Below, piece after piece: positions 47,457 to 55,998 of a DNA stretch of 64,000 bases. The stretch is from Clostridiaceae bacterium (lineage in GTDB: Bacteria; Cyanobacteriota; Vampirovibrionia; Gastranaerophilales; Gastranaerophilaceae): assembly GCA_022641775.1 (NCBI GenBank), contig JALCDS010000005.1:22299-86298 (forward strand). Reading direction: 5' to 3'. The stretch's first letter is position 1; every line of letters begins with the position of its first letter. The notes beneath the pieces are model-generated. The model was not told the DNA's origin and made no database searches. It was given only the letters and a program-made list of their open reading frames with translations. A program made the position numbers and the translations under genes.

Positions 47457-48707
47457 ATGAATTTAACAATTACCCCGAAACTTAACGCTATCAATAACAG
47501 AAATATTTATAATTACAATCAGCAATCAACTATGCCCAACAATTTTAATACCCTGAATAAGGATACTGTTTCTTTTTCTGGGAAGGAAAGAATTTTAAAA
47601 TACTCAAAATATACAATGCAAGATGTAACACTTTCACAATATGAAAGAAACAAACCGCTTTATACCGCATTGGCAAACAGACTGATGGATACTTTGGAAA
47701 GTATTGCAAATGAATTAAAATCATCCGGTGTTATTTTTGATAGAGATTACTGTGAAAAAAATGCGATTAAAAAATCAGATTCTTTTATTTCAAAATTCAT
47801 CAGAAGCGGAGAAACACCTCAAGACAGAGTTCGTTCAACATTATTTTTACAAAATATATATGATTTATCAATAATGAACGATAAAATACTTCCCGCTTTA
47901 AAAAAACGTGGTTACGAAGTTGCGATTATCCCTGACAAAACCGCAGGAAAAAGAGTTCTTTCAACAAAAGCAGATTTTGATGTAAGATTAACCGGGCTTT
48001 CCGATAAAGATAAAAAATCTCTTGCTCCCGCATTGAGGAATGCTGCATCTTTCAAACCTCAATCTTCAGGATATGAAGATATTCAATTCAGAATTGTTGA
48101 TACGCTGGCAGGAAGCAAAGGAAAACAAATTCCTATAGAAGTTATTACTGTTTTCGGAAAGAAAACTTCTGAGGCTAAACATAATGAGTCTTATTATGTT
48201 TATGATATAAAAAAACTTTTCAAGCTGTTCCATCTTTCATCAGTAAAAGATCCGGAAATACACTCTCCGGCAAAACGTATTCAAACCAATATCAGTACAA
48301 TATCACAACAATTAACTGATAATATTTCAAAGCCATTATTTTTCAATGCTAAAAACTTGGATTTTTATAATGATAAAACTCAATTACCTGTTGGCATAAG
48401 CAAAGCCACTTCACAGGTTCTAATAGGTCTGGCTGAAGGAATAAAAAACAAAATTCCTTTACATTATAAAGAAGAATTTGCTAAAGTTAATTCTGAAAAA
48501 TATCAACCCGCAATCGAAAAACTAATTAAAAATTCTGATGAATATAAAACAAGAGAAGATAAAACAATCTACGTTGACGATATTAAAGAAATGCGTAAAA
48601 CTCTTGTTAATCAATTAAAGCAAGAAAGACGTGAAGATTTGCAAATTATTAATGAAGCAATTATGCGTTTAAAAGAAACGATTAACAAGTTTGGTAAAAA
48701 AAATTAG
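47457..48707 (+). CDS. hypothetical protein with VSFSG leader and divergent RelA/SpoT-like (RSH) nucleotidyltransferase-like core
   Basis: AIKKSDSFISKFIRSG, SGYEDIQFRIV and IEVITVF...AKHNESYYVY align by eye with the small alarmone synthetase blocks RVKSFESIVNKLMRKG, NGYRSLHLII and EIQIRT...EHKIYYK. Several catalytic positions are substituted. Confidence 0.35.
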   Translation: MNLTITPKLNAINNRNIYNYNQQSTMPNNFNTLNKDTVSFSGKERILKYSKYTMQDVTLSQYERNKPLYTALANRLMDTLESIANELKSSGVIFDRDYCEKNAIKKSDSFISKFIRSGETPQDRVRSTLFLQNIYDLSIMNDKILPALKKRGYEVAIIPDKTAGKRVLSTKADFDVRLTGLSDKDKKSLAPALRNAASFKPQSSGYEDIQFRIVDTLAGSKGKQIPIEVITVFGKKTSEAKHNESYYVYDIKKLFKLFHLSSVKDPEIHSPAKRIQTNISTISQQLTDNISKPLFFNAKNLDFYNDKTQLPVGISKATSQVLIGLAEGIKNKIPLHYKEEFAKVNSEKYQPAIEKLIKNSDEYKTREDKTIYVDDIKEMRKTLVNQLKQERREDLQIINEAIMRLKETINKFGKKN

Positions 48708-51094
48708 TATTGTTTAATCAATTCAAATCGCTTTGATTGTCTATTATAACCGTTAACATTGTACATCTTGCCATCAGAAGTTATTTTGATTGCATTAATT
48801 TTATCGGTTCTATAAATATCGGTATGTCGTAATATATCTAAAGTTCCTGCTGTAGGATGCCCATATCTGTTTATTCCTGTTGAAATAATTGAGGTTTTTA
48901 CCCCTAAAGTTTTCAACATACTCTCACTTACAACATTATTTGCGCCATGATGTCCTACTTTTAAAACTTCTATACCTGAAGGTAAATCTTTCTTTATCTT
49001 CTGATAAGTATCAATTGTTCCATCTCCCATAAATAACATATCAAAATTTTTATAACTAAGAAGTGTTACAACTGAATTTATATTATCGGAATGTTTGCCA
49101 GACACATTTGCTTCAAATGTTTTTATTTTAAAATTAGGTTCGTTATAAATCACATCATTATTTTTAACCAATTTAGTATTAACATTTTTCCTTTTTATTT
49201 CATTATAAATGTTTTTTGACGTTGAAGATTTGTTATCAAAACTATTCACTATCAGGCGTTTAATTCTCAAATTATCAATAACCTCAACTGTCCCACCCGA
49301 ATGGTCATTATCAAAGTGCGTAATAATTACATCTTCAAAATTTTTAATACCTCTATCTTTTAAATATTTAAGTAAAATTATTTTTGCTTGCGAAAATCCT
49401 CTCTTATACGAAGCTTTGCCGGTATCAATTATAAAATATTTATTTTCAGGAGATTTTATCAAAAAACAATCCGCATTCTGGACATCAAATGCTATAATTT
49501 CAAGATTATTTGAGGGAATATTTATTGTTGAAATGCCAAGTACAAATGTTGCAATAGCTAACACAATCAAACTTTTCTTATCCCAACCAAATTTTATTAA
49601 CATAGTTACAAAAATTACTATTGCATAATATATTACCAACTGAATAAGTGACGGATGCGTTGTAGAAACCAATGAATGTGGCAACTGCGCAAAAAAGGCT
49701 GATAAATTAACCAACATAGTGGTTAAGAAATTCATAAGAAAGTCTAGCCATTTACACAAAATACTTGTATATGGCGCAAAAATAGCAAGAATTGAAGAGA
49801 AAAAACCGCCACAACTGATTACACTTATAAACGGAACGGATAAAATATTAGCAAAAATAGAATACAAACTAAATGTATTAAAATAAAACATTTGTATAGG
49901 GGCAATCCACAATTGAGCCACAATAGGGACCAAAATAGAGCCTGATACAAAATTCATTAAAGCAGATTCTGTTTTGAATTTTTCAAACAAAACATTTCCT
50001 GTTGTCAACAATCCCAAAGTCACTAAAAATGACAGTTGAAAACTTACGTTATTGATATAAGCAGGATTGTATATAAGCATCAAAAGTGCAACCAAAGATA
50101 ATAACGACACAGAATGAGTATCCCTATCAATAAGTTTACCCGCCAATACAAACAATAACATCAACGCTGCCCTTATAACCGAAGCGCCTAATCCCGTCAT
50201 AAGCGTATATAAAATTATCAAAAGCATGCCACTCACAACCGTTGGCTTGTATGGAGCTTTAAACAATTTGAATAACAAAAAGAACCAAAATCCAAAAATA
50301 AAGGCAACATTCATTCCGGAAGCCGCAAGTATATGAAGTAACCCCGAATGAACAAAATTAGATTTTATATCATCCGGCGGGGCAACAGCATCATCGCCAA
50401 AGACAACCCCACCTATTATCTCATTATTAGGACTTTTTAAATATTTTGAATGTTCCGAGAGTATTTTTTCTCTGACAAAATCCAAATTCTGCATAAACTT
50501 CCACTTCAAATCAGATGGTCGCGACAACAATTTAGAATCGTTCTCTACATATAACACAGTATATGTATGGAAATTCCTTAAATATTTTGCATAATCAAAT
50601 TGAGAAGGATTTGTTGCCCTAAAGGGTTCTCTCAATTTGCCATAAAACTTATAAGTATTCCCTATTTTATATAAGGAAGAATTTTGATAATCATCAAATG
50701 AACTCACCAAAAGTTTACCTTCAACAGAAGTATCACCAACTTTAGAAACATTTATAAAAAATTTTATTTTATCATTTGTATTATTCGGAATTGAAACAAT
50801 TTGTCCGATTACAGAGGTTTCTTCAGGTGCTAAGGGCAAAATATTATCAGAAGGTTTTATCTGCATGTATGAATTCAGATATCCAAAATAAAACATAAAT
50901 AATAATAAAAATATGAATTTTAAACCGGAGATTTTCTTTATTATTGCAATTATACAGGCAAATGTAATTAAAAAGGCACAAATAATTCCACTATTATAGA
51001 AAAATGCCAATATACCCATAACATACAATACCGTTGTCAACAGCATTATAAAATTCTTGTTCTGAAAGTATTCTCTAATCTCATCCCTAGTCAT
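48704..51094 (-). CDS. comEC: DNA internalization competence protein ComEC/Rec2 with C-terminal metallo-beta-lactamase domain
   Basis: Polytopic competence domain (SGLLHILAASGMNV). MBL motif THFDNDHSGG. 796 aa. Confidence 0.9.
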   Translation of the reverse strand: MTRDEIREYFQNKNFIMLLTTVLYVMGILAFFYNSGIICAFLITFACIIAIIKKISGLKFIFLLLFMFYFGYLNSYMQIKPSDNILPLAPEETSVIGQIVSIPNNTNDKIKFFINVSKVGDTSVEGKLLVSSFDDYQNSSLYKIGNTYKFYGKLREPFRATNPSQFDYAKYLRNFHTYTVLYVENDSKLLSRPSDLKWKFMQNLDFVREKILSEHSKYLKSPNNEIIGGVVFGDDAVAPPDDIKSNFVHSGLLHILAASGMNVAFIFGFWFFLLFKLFKAPYKPTVVSGMLLIILYTLMTGLGASVIRAALMLLFVLAGKLIDRDTHSVSLLSLVALLMLIYNPAYINNVSFQLSFLVTLGLLTTGNVLFEKFKTESALMNFVSGSILVPIVAQLWIAPIQMFYFNTFSLYSIFANILSVPFISVISCGGFFSSILAIFAPYTSILCKWLDFLMNFLTTMLVNLSAFFAQLPHSLVSTTHPSLIQLVIYYAIVIFVTMLIKFGWDKKSLIVLAIATFVLGISTINIPSNNLEIIAFDVQNADCFLIKSPENKYFIIDTGKASYKRGFSQAKIILLKYLKDRGIKNFEDVIITHFDNDHSGGTVEVIDNLRIKRLIVNSFDNKSSTSKNIYNEIKRKNVNTKLVKNNDVIYNEPNFKIKTFEANVSGKHSDNINSVVTLLSYKNFDMLFMGDGTIDTYQKIKKDLPSGIEVLKVGHHGANNVVSESMLKTLGVKTSIISTGINRYGHPTAGTLDILRHTDIYRTDKINAIKITSDGKMYNVNGYNRQSKRFELIKQY

Positions 51095-51130
51095 TGTTAA
51101 TAATATGATAATAAGATAGGTTCATCTTAC

Positions 51131-51174
51131 TTACTGCCAGTTAGTCACTAAATTTACTGACTACAATGCAGTAA
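51131..51174. promoter_or_regulatory. nested inverted repeat upstream of XRE gene (candidate operator)
   Basis: TTACTGC...TAGTCA-ctaaatttac-TGACTA...GCAGTAA. Confidence 0.3.
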
Positions 51175-51183
51175 ACTACAAAA

Positions 51184-51399
51184 ATGGATACAAAAGACTT
51201 TTATATAAAGCTTTCATCTCGCATAAAATTTTTGAGAGAGAATGCACATTTAACACAAGAACAACTTGCAGAAAAAGCTGACTTAAGTTTAGACTTTTTA
51301 GGGAAGTTAGAAATAAATTATAGAAAACCGAGTTTAAGAACTATAGTCAAATTGGCAAATGCACTTAAAATTGAGCCTTTTGAAATTTTAAAATTTTAA
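51184..51399 (+). CDS. XRE-family helix-turn-helix regulator (71 aa)
   Basis: LRENAHLTQEQLAEKADLSLDFLGKLE HTH_3 pattern. Confidence 0.8.
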   Translation: MDTKDFYIKLSSRIKFLRENAHLTQEQLAEKADLSLDFLGKLEINYRKPSLRTIVKLANALKIEPFEILKF

Positions 51400-51667
51400 A
51401 TAAAAAGTTTAAATTTTAAGTATTTATTTTATTAATAATAAAGTTTATTGCAGTTTTGTAAATTTATTGTTATATTTGTAGTAATAAACTTGCATAAATT
51501 GTTAAAATTAAGTATAATAAATACACTTAATCTTTAAAAATCTATTTACATTTATCAGTATTGTTAAAATTTTTAAAGAACCCGAGTCAAAAAGGCAATT
51601 ATTTGTTGTCCAAATTTTTTAAGTACATGTGTAGTATTTACAGTTATGAAAAGAATAAAGTAGGGAA

Positions 51668-53590
51668 ATGACGATACAACCAATCCAAACGGCACTGAAT
51701 CAACGACAAAATACAAAACAGGGACATCCTAGTTTTACAGGATTTAACCCTGTAATTTCGCTTATGGATTCAATAGAAAGAGGCGGTTATATTGCATCTT
51801 TCGTATCACAAGATTGTGTTGGGATGGTTGCACCACGTATTTATGAAGGTGCGAATCGTAACAAGGACAAAACCGGTAAATACAATTGGGCTTTTGCAAG
51901 AAGAGAAGCTTTAAGAGAATTATTAAGCGGACCTAGCATGTTTGTAATTCCATTGGCATTATTTGGCGCAATGAACAAAAAAGGGTGGACTGCAAACAAA
52001 GTTCCTGTTGACAGAATCAACGTTTTAGGCGAAAAATTTGCACGTTATGCAGAAGATAACAAAGATTTAATCAAATCTGATTCTGCAGCAGCTAAAAAAG
52101 GTTTTTATAATGAAGTATTCAGAGATTTATTAACAAAAACTACTGAACAAAAAGTCAGCGAAACCGATATAGAAAAATTAGCACAAGATTATACAGACAG
52201 ATATATTCAAATAGAGAATTCAAAATCAAAAGGCTTTATCAAAAAGCTTATGGGTAAAGAAGTAAAAGGTTCTTCTGAAGACTTGTTACAAGAATTGGCT
52301 GATGATTTTATGACATTGAAAAAACAAAATTTGTCTCCGTCAAACAATTTGTCTGTAGCCTCAATTTCAGAAGAAGCAAACGACTCCAAAGCTACCGGCG
52401 GATTCAAATCTATGTTGGGCAGTCTTTCAGATTTCACAAATGATGCTATGAGATCTACTAAAAAGGCTCTTGAACATTCAACAGAATTGAATATAGCTGA
52501 CTATGCAAGATCTTTTGCAAAACGCCGTATGGGTTCCAGAATACTTTCAAATGCAGGAATATTCGGTGCAGTTGTATTATTTATGACACAAATCCCTAAA
52601 CTTTATAATATGGGATTAAAAGGCAATCCTGGCTTGGATGGTTTAGATACCCCGGAAGGTCAAAAGAAAGCTCAAGGGAAAAACCAACCAAACTTCACAG
52701 GAAAAGGTTCTGTACTTGAAAAAACTGCAGATATCGTTACTAAAAAGAGTTGGTTAAAACAATTGTCAGATAAGTTTGAATTCAATGGAGCTTCAATGAC
52801 ACCTACACAATGTTTAACATTGTTATTCGGGTTCTGCTTACCTCCTAGATTGATGCATGCTAACGACAAACACGACAGAAAAGAAATTTACGTTCGTGAT
52901 GTTTCAAGTTTCGTTGCAATCTTGTTTGCTGCAAAGGGATTAGCAAGAGGTTTTTCAGACATAATGGCAAAAGCTTCCGGTCTTGCATTAAACATCAAAC
53001 CTGATAATTTTAACAAATCACCATTCCATAAAATATACAGCTACGCAACTTCAGGTGATGGAGTTCATGTATTACAAACAGGTGAAATCGTTTCAAAATA
53101 CAGCCACATTGATAAATTCAAAGGTGGAATAAACGGATTCTTCTCATTCTTAAAAGAAAATGGCGGAAACGTTAGAAAAGCCCTTTCTTTAGACAAAACA
53201 GTAAAAGAAAATGCCGAAAAAATAGTTGGTAAATCTATAAAAGATGCCTCAATTGAAGAAATTGAATATGCTTTCAAAAATAACAAAAATACTGAAGCGT
53301 TAGAAAATATCTACAAGGTATTCAAAGATGCAAATAATACATACGTAAGACGTGCAAAAACAATGAACAGTACCTTCGGATTTTTATCAACACTCGTAAT
53401 TGTTCCGGCATTCATGATTTGGTTAGCTAAATTCTGTGAAAAGATGACAAAAAATGATATAGCTGCTGAAAAAGCTCAAAATGAACAAGATCAAAACGCA
53501 ATTTCAAAAGCTGATAAAGATATGGCTGACAAACAAACAAGAACCTTAATGACAAAACAACCGACTATGGAAGGGTTCTTAGCAAAATAA
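51668..53590 (+). CDS. hypothetical polytopic membrane protein with PSFTG leader and an internal PNFTG copy
   Basis: 640 aa. Q/N-rich N-terminus and 4 or more TM segments. The motif occurs again at aa 341-345 (52688..52702). Confidence 0.6.
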   Translation: MTIQPIQTALNQRQNTKQGHPSFTGFNPVISLMDSIERGGYIASFVSQDCVGMVAPRIYEGANRNKDKTGKYNWAFARREALRELLSGPSMFVIPLALFGAMNKKGWTANKVPVDRINVLGEKFARYAEDNKDLIKSDSAAAKKGFYNEVFRDLLTKTTEQKVSETDIEKLAQDYTDRYIQIENSKSKGFIKKLMGKEVKGSSEDLLQELADDFMTLKKQNLSPSNNLSVASISEEANDSKATGGFKSMLGSLSDFTNDAMRSTKKALEHSTELNIADYARSFAKRRMGSRILSNAGIFGAVVLFMTQIPKLYNMGLKGNPGLDGLDTPEGQKKAQGKNQPNFTGKGSVLEKTADIVTKKSWLKQLSDKFEFNGASMTPTQCLTLLFGFCLPPRLMHANDKHDRKEIYVRDVSSFVAILFAAKGLARGFSDIMAKASGLALNIKPDNFNKSPFHKIYSYATSGDGVHVLQTGEIVSKYSHIDKFKGGINGFFSFLKENGGNVRKALSLDKTVKENAEKIVGKSIKDASIEEIEYAFKNNKNTEALENIYKVFKDANNTYVRRAKTMNSTFGFLSTLVIVPAFMIWLAKFCEKMTKNDIAAEKAQNEQDQNAISKADKDMADKQTRTLMTKQPTMEGFLAK

Positions 53591-53614
53591 ATTTAATTCA
53601 TAACTGATAAATAT

Positions 53615-53653
53615 AAAAGGTTAATACAAACTTGCATTAACCTTTTCCTTTTT
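53615..53653 (+). terminator. rho-independent terminator
   Basis: AAAAGGTTAAT-(10 nt)-ATTAACCTTTT, followed by CCTTTTT. Confidence 0.7.
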
Positions 53654-53673
53654 GTTAAATTTTTAAATTCTGA

Positions 53674-53874
53674 TTAATCTTTGATTAAAGCATTGATATC
53701 AGCAATCATTGCATCCGGATCAAATCCGTGAACTTTTGCACCTGCTTCTAAGTTTTCAAACCTTGCAGCAGCACATCCAATACATCCTAAACCGTATTTT
53801 TGGAATACTTCAATGCTTTCAGGACAGATTTGTACTATATCCATAATATTCATTTCTTTTGAAACTTTTGTCAT
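53674..53874 (-). CDS. DUF1858 / hybrid-cluster-protein-associated redox disulfide protein
   Basis: 66 aa. MNIMDIVQICPESIEVFQKYGLGCIGCAAARFENLEAGAKVHG. Confidence 0.75.
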   Translation of the reverse strand: MTKVSKEMNIMDIVQICPESIEVFQKYGLGCIGCAAARFENLEAGAKVHGFDPDAMIADINALIKD

Positions 53875-53956
53875 AATTTTATCTCCTTATTTTGACTTTT
53901 TTTCTTACACCATTAAAAATATTATACATGAAAAAAAGAAAGTCGGGTGTATAAAA

Positions 53957-54151
53957 ATGGATTTGTTAAAAAAGATTTTTTCTGATGATGATCAAATTGT
54001 AGGATTATGCGCATTCAAGACGAGTTTTACCCCAGCACATAAAGTTTACAATAGCGTAAGCGAATTTTCTGCAGTAAAGCTCGTATATTCATCCTCGTCT
54101 TTACCAAAACAACGTAATGCAAATATATTTGCATATGCAGCTAATGCATAA
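53957..54151 (+). CDS. hypothetical small protein (64 aa)
   Basis: ATG 53957 with a weak RBS. No recognisable family. Confidence 0.3.
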   Translation: MDLLKKIFSDDDQIVGLCAFKTSFTPAHKVYNSVSEFSAVKLVYSSSSLPKQRNANIFAYAANA

Positions 54152-54152
54152 A

Positions 54153-54881
54153 TTATACCATCTCATTAAATTCTTGAATAGAAACCGATTCTAAACCTTT
54201 TATATTCTGAAATTCTTTATATAGGGTTTGTATCGGTTTTTTGTCACTTATATCCAAAATTACAGAAATTTTTGTAATAGTTTCATCACTCTTACTCAAT
54301 TTCTTTGAAATTTCTCTCAAATGAACATATCTATCAACTATATGATCATATATATCATTAGAATTTTCATTTAAACAAGTTATATTAATTTTTAAACGTT
54401 TTGTATTCTTTGTACTGTTTACAAGGATTGTTTTTTCAAAGAATCTGACTGAAACTAAAACAGTCAAAGCTAAAAATGTAGAAACGGTTGCAAGCCCATA
54501 CATTCCGGCACCGCATGCCATCCCGATTGAAGCTGCAATCCAAAGAGTAGCCGCCGTTGTGAGGCCTAAAATTGTTGCACCATGACGTAATACAGCACCG
54601 CCGCCTACAAACCCGATACCAGTTACAACTTGTGCCGCAACTCTGGCAGTATCACGAGTACCAAAATCAGATGTGGTTACATGTATTGCAGGAAATCCGT
54701 ATATTGAAATGATTGTAAATATACAAGCGCCTAAACAAACCAAAATATTTGTTCTTAGCCCAGCATATTTGTTAGTCATTTCACGTTCCAAACCTATAAA
54801 AAAGCCTAAAACTATTGCCATAACAATTCGGATTAAAATATTTATATCAAAAACATTTCCAATAACTGTAGTTAAATCCAT
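54153..54881 (-). CDS. mgtC: MgtC/SapB family membrane protein
   Basis: GLEREMTNKYAGLRTN...VTGIGFVGGGAV motifs plus a C-terminal ACT-like domain. Confidence 0.85.
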   Translation of the reverse strand: MDLTTVIGNVFDINILIRIVMAIVLGFFIGLEREMTNKYAGLRTNILVCLGACIFTIISIYGFPAIHVTTSDFGTRDTARVAAQVVTGIGFVGGGAVLRHGATILGLTTAATLWIAASIGMACGAGMYGLATVSTFLALTVLVSVRFFEKTILVNSTKNTKRLKINITCLNENSNDIYDHIVDRYVHLREISKKLSKSDETITKISVILDISDKKPIQTLYKEFQNIKGLESVSIQEFNEMV

Positions 54882-54919
54882 TATTCCGCCATTTCTCTAT
54901 ACATCTGATATTCTTTAAT

Positions 54920-55987
54920 CTAGCGAACTTTACTTTTCGGATCAAGAATATCCCTTATAGTATCACCTATCAGGTTAAAACACAACACCGCAATAAAAAT
55001 TAAGAACCCCGGAGTCAAAAGCCACGGTCGTGACACGATATTTGTAAATTCCTGAGCCTCTTTTAACATATTTCCCCAACTTGCATCAGGCTGTTGAATA
55101 CCCAATCCTAAAAAGGATAGTCCGGATTCTGAAAGAATGTAAGATGGAACAGATAATGTCATTGCAACGATTACAAAGCTCGTTGTCTGTGGCAAAATAT
55201 GTTTTACGATTATTCTCAAATCACTGGCACCAACCGCTTTTGCAGCCTGAACGAATTCCTGATTTTTGATTGATAACACCATTCCTCTTACAACTCTTGC
55301 AAAACCTGCCCAGCCAATAAGCGCCAAAATAACAACAATTAACATAAACCGTTGAATACTCGTCATTCCGGAAGGTAAAATCGATGCTAAAATTATTAAT
55401 AGGTAAAAACTCGGAATAGACATAACGGCTTCTGCTATTCTCATCATTATCATATCAATTTTGCCGCCAAAATATCCTGAAATCCCGCCATATAAAAGCC
55501 CAATCGGGAACAAAACCAGCAAAGCCAAAAAGCCGATAGTCATTGAAATTCTGCCACCGAAAAGCAATCTTGAAAATACATCACGTCCGTTTATATCAGT
55601 TCCTAAAAGATAAAGCCTGCCTGAATTATCCGTTGTAATTAAGTGACGTTTCATAGGAATTAAGCCTAAAAATTTATAATTCTGACCTTGTGAGAAAAAT
55701 TTTAGATAATGCTTTTTACTTCTATCGAGTTGATACGTTATTTTTAAATTTTTCCCGTCAAAATTTCTTATATAATTATATGTGTAAGGTTTTGAGAATT
55801 TTCCGTTTTCATCTATTGTAAAAATCTTTGATGGCGGGACATAAGCCATTGAACGGTCTGAAAAATCTTTGGTGTAAGGTGCAATAATATCAGCAAAAAG
55901 AAGCGCAAAATAAATTATTCCAAGAACTATAACGGCAATTCTTGCAAATTTATCTTTCATCAATTGATTTAATACGTCTTTTACCAT
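54920..55987 (-). CDS. peptide/nickel ABC transporter permease (OppC/DppC type)
   Basis: N-terminal OppC_N-like segment and the EAA loop AAKAVGASDLRIIVKHILP. Confidence 0.85.
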   Translation of the reverse strand: MVKDVLNQLMKDKFARIAVIVLGIIYFALLFADIIAPYTKDFSDRSMAYVPPSKIFTIDENGKFSKPYTYNYIRNFDGKNLKITYQLDRSKKHYLKFFSQGQNYKFLGLIPMKRHLITTDNSGRLYLLGTDINGRDVFSRLLFGGRISMTIGFLALLVLFPIGLLYGGISGYFGGKIDMIMMRIAEAVMSIPSFYLLIILASILPSGMTSIQRFMLIVVILALIGWAGFARVVRGMVLSIKNQEFVQAAKAVGASDLRIIVKHILPQTTSFVIVAMTLSVPSYILSESGLSFLGLGIQQPDASWGNMLKEAQEFTNIVSRPWLLTPGFLIFIAVLCFNLIGDTIRDILDPKSKVR

Positions 55988-55998
55988 ATCTTACTTGT

